A DNA stretch of 64,000 nucleotides, from NCBI GenBank assembly GCA_021776115.1, contig JAJFGN010000068.1, positions 665 to 64,664 on the forward strand, written 5' to 3'. Position 1 is the stretch's first letter, and every line of letters starts with the position of its first letter. The DNA comes from Kiloniellaceae bacterium. Its GTDB lineage: Bacteria > Pseudomonadota > Alphaproteobacteria > Kiloniellales > J153. This document shows, piece by piece, positions 62,537 through 64,000 of this stretch. Made by a program: the position numbers and the translations under genes. The notes beneath the pieces are model-generated. The model saw only the letters and a program-made list of their open reading frames with translations. It made no database searches and had not been told where the DNA came from.

Positions 62537-63523
62537 TTATGCCGCGGGCAGGCGCTCTCGTCCGTGCGGCGCCGAATAGTCGATGTCCGGCCCCTTGGGC
62601 ACGATGCCGCTTGGGTTCACCATGGTGTGGCTGCCGTAGTAGTGCCGCTTGATGTGTGTGAAATTCACGGTCTCGGCCACGCCGGGCACCTGATAGAGCT
62701 CCCGTGTATAGGCCCCTAGGTTCGGGAATTCGTCCAGGTGGCGCTTGTTGCACTTAAAGTGGCCAAAGTACACCGCATCGAAACGCACCAGGGTGGTGAA
62801 GAGACGCCAGTCGGCCTCGGTCAGGCGCTCGCCCGCAAGGTAGCGTTGGCGCTCCAGACGCGCCTCGATTTCCTCTAGTGACGCAAAAAGCGCGTCGAAT
62901 GCGTCTTCGTAAGCCTCCTGCGTGGTCGCGAAGCCGGCCCTATAGACGCCGTTGTTGATGTTGCCGTAAACCAGTTCGTTAACCGCGTCGATCTCGGCCC
63001 GCAGTTCGGTGGGGTAGAAGTCGAGCCCGGTATCGCCCCAGGCGTCGAAGGCGCTGTTGAACATGCGGATGATGTCGGCCGATTCGTTGCTGACGATGGT
63101 CGCGCGCCGCTTGTCCCAAAGCACGGGCACGGTGACCCGCCCGGTATAGTCGGTCTTGGCGCGGGTATAGACCTGGTGCAGATAGCGCGCGCCGTTCACC
63201 GTGTCCGGCGTCGCGCCCTCTCCTTCGCGGAACTCCCAGCCATTCTCGCCCATGTGCCAGTGCGCGACCGAGACCGAGATCAGGTCGTTCAGCCGTTTCA
63301 GCTTGCGGAAGATTAAGGTCCGGTGGGCCCAGGGGCAGGCGAGCGAGACGTAGAGGTGATAGCGTCCCGGCTCCGCCTTGAAGCCGGCCTCGCCGCTCGG
63401 GCTTGGGGCGCCGTCCACGGTGACCCAGTTGCGAAAGGCACTCTCGCTGCGCTCGAAGCGGCCGCCGCTTTTTTTGGTGTCGTACCACTTGTCGTGCCAT
63501 TTACCGTCGATCAGTAGCCCCAT
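62537..63523 (-). CDS. yqjG: Glutathionyl-hydroquinone reductase (Xi-class GST, YqjG/ECM4-like)
   Basis: GRYHLYVSLACPWAHRTLIFRKLK (CPWA motif); 328 aa. Confidence 0.85.
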   Translation of the reverse strand: MGLLIDGKWHDKWYDTKKSGGRFERSESAFRNWVTVDGAPSPSGEAGFKAEPGRYHLYVSLACPWAHRTLIFRKLKRLNDLISVSVAHWHMGENGWEFREGEGATPDTVNGARYLHQVYTRAKTDYTGRVTVPVLWDKRRATIVSNESADIIRMFNSAFDAWGDTGLDFYPTELRAEIDAVNELVYGNINNGVYRAGFATTQEAYEDAFDALFASLEEIEARLERQRYLAGERLTEADWRLFTTLVRFDAVYFGHFKCNKRHLDEFPNLGAYTRELYQVPGVAETVNFTHIKRHYYGSHTMVNPSGIVPKGPDIDYSAPHGRERLPAA

Positions 63524-63562
63524 ATCTTCCTCTTTGACCTTGGGTTGCGCGCGGCGCCGGCG

Positions 63563-64000
63563 TCAAAACTCCCGGCCGAGGGCGCGGTCCACCGACATCT
63601 CGCCGCCGCCGCGGAATGCGATGGCCAAGGCGATCAAACCCCACAGCAGGGGATACTCGTAGCCGCCGTTGGTCCAAAAGAATCCGTTACCCAGATGAAC
63701 CTTGAATACGGCCACGGCCATGAGGATCGCGACCCCGACGGCCGCCGGGCGGGTCAGGATCCCGAGCGCGATTAAGAGACCGCCGAAGAACTCTGTCGCG
63801 CCGACCAGCGCGGCCCAGAAGATGCCGGGCTCCAGCCCCAGGTTCTGCGCGAAGAATCCGCCGGTTCCTTCCAGGCCATAACCGCCGAACCAGCCGAACA
63901 GCTTCTGCGCGCCGTGCGGCATGAGGATCAGCCCGGTGAAGAAGCGTACCATCGGGTAGGACAGCGGCGACAGGCGCTCGTAGAGCGGCGCCAGGGCGGG
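63563..64000 (-). CDS. DoxX-family membrane protein (5' end probably beyond the window edge)
   Basis: ILMPHGAQKLFGWFGG and hydrophobic helices. The frame stays open upstream of the ATG at 63952 to the window end (PALAPLYERLSPLSYP...). Confidence 0.7.
   Translation of the reverse strand, partial: PALAPLYERLSPLSYPMVRFFTGLILMPHGAQKLFGWFGGYGLEGTGGFFAQNLGLEPGIFWAALVGATEFFGGLLIALGILTRPAAVGVAILMAVAVFKVHLGNGFFWTNGGYEYPLLWGLIALAIAFRGGGEMSVDRALGREF

Noticed and set aside
1-64000. CRISPR arrays, rRNA/tRNA genes, IS elements, integrases, toxin-antitoxin pairs and known defence-system signatures.
   Set aside because: Reading both strands and the ORF track turned up no repeat-spacer periodicity, no rRNA/tRNA-like conserved blocks, and no transposase (DDE), recombinase or phage-like proteins.

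Overview
High-GC bacterial chromosomal window. Single 60-nt lines I counted range from about 35% to about 68% G+C. It has a proteobacterial, possibly alphaproteobacterial, look, but I cannot prove that from sequence alone.

Roughly 1.2-51.2 kb is one very large glycan-biosynthesis island, almost entirely on the minus strand. It contains:
- GDP-fucose genes (gmd, fcl) plus a second, divergent gmd paralog.
- A complete pseudaminic-acid (Pse) pathway: pseB, pseC, fused pseG-pseH, pseI and a cytidylyltransferase. It also carries an amidotransferase/HisH-like/HisF-like trio (acetamidino formation) and a Pse-associated methylase.
- Two further NeuB-family ulosonic-acid synthase cassettes, each with its own HAD phosphatase and CMP-transferase. 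One synthase is fused to a D-lyxose-isomerase-like cupin in place of the usual SAF domain.
- Four GT-B proteins that I interpret as CMP-ulosonate transferases; three carry an 'HP' motif and the fourth has it degenerate.
- At least five conventional glycosyltransferases, ten SAM methyltransferases, a B12-type radical SAM enzyme, a pyruvyl transferase, a DEDDh exonuclease and an MsbA/PglK-like ABC exporter.

A partial EPS-type winged-helix regulator and a NusG paralog sit at the left edge. The right 13 kb looks like ordinary chromosome: FAD oxidoreductase, ATP-grasp/alpha-E/transglutaminase triad, DUF924, EEP hydrolase, OmpA-family lipoprotein, greB, MscK-like channel, yqjG-like GST and DoxX.

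I recognised no Wzx/Wzy/Wzz, Wzm/Wzt, Kps exporters, initiating phosphoglycosyltransferase, tRNA, rRNA, CRISPR array, transposase or integrase. Many ORF-track starts are over-extended, as is typical of high-GC DNA. I moved starts where 4-nt NTGA overlaps or conserved N-termini made the correct start clear. All family calls rest on motif recognition by eye, and no database search was run.
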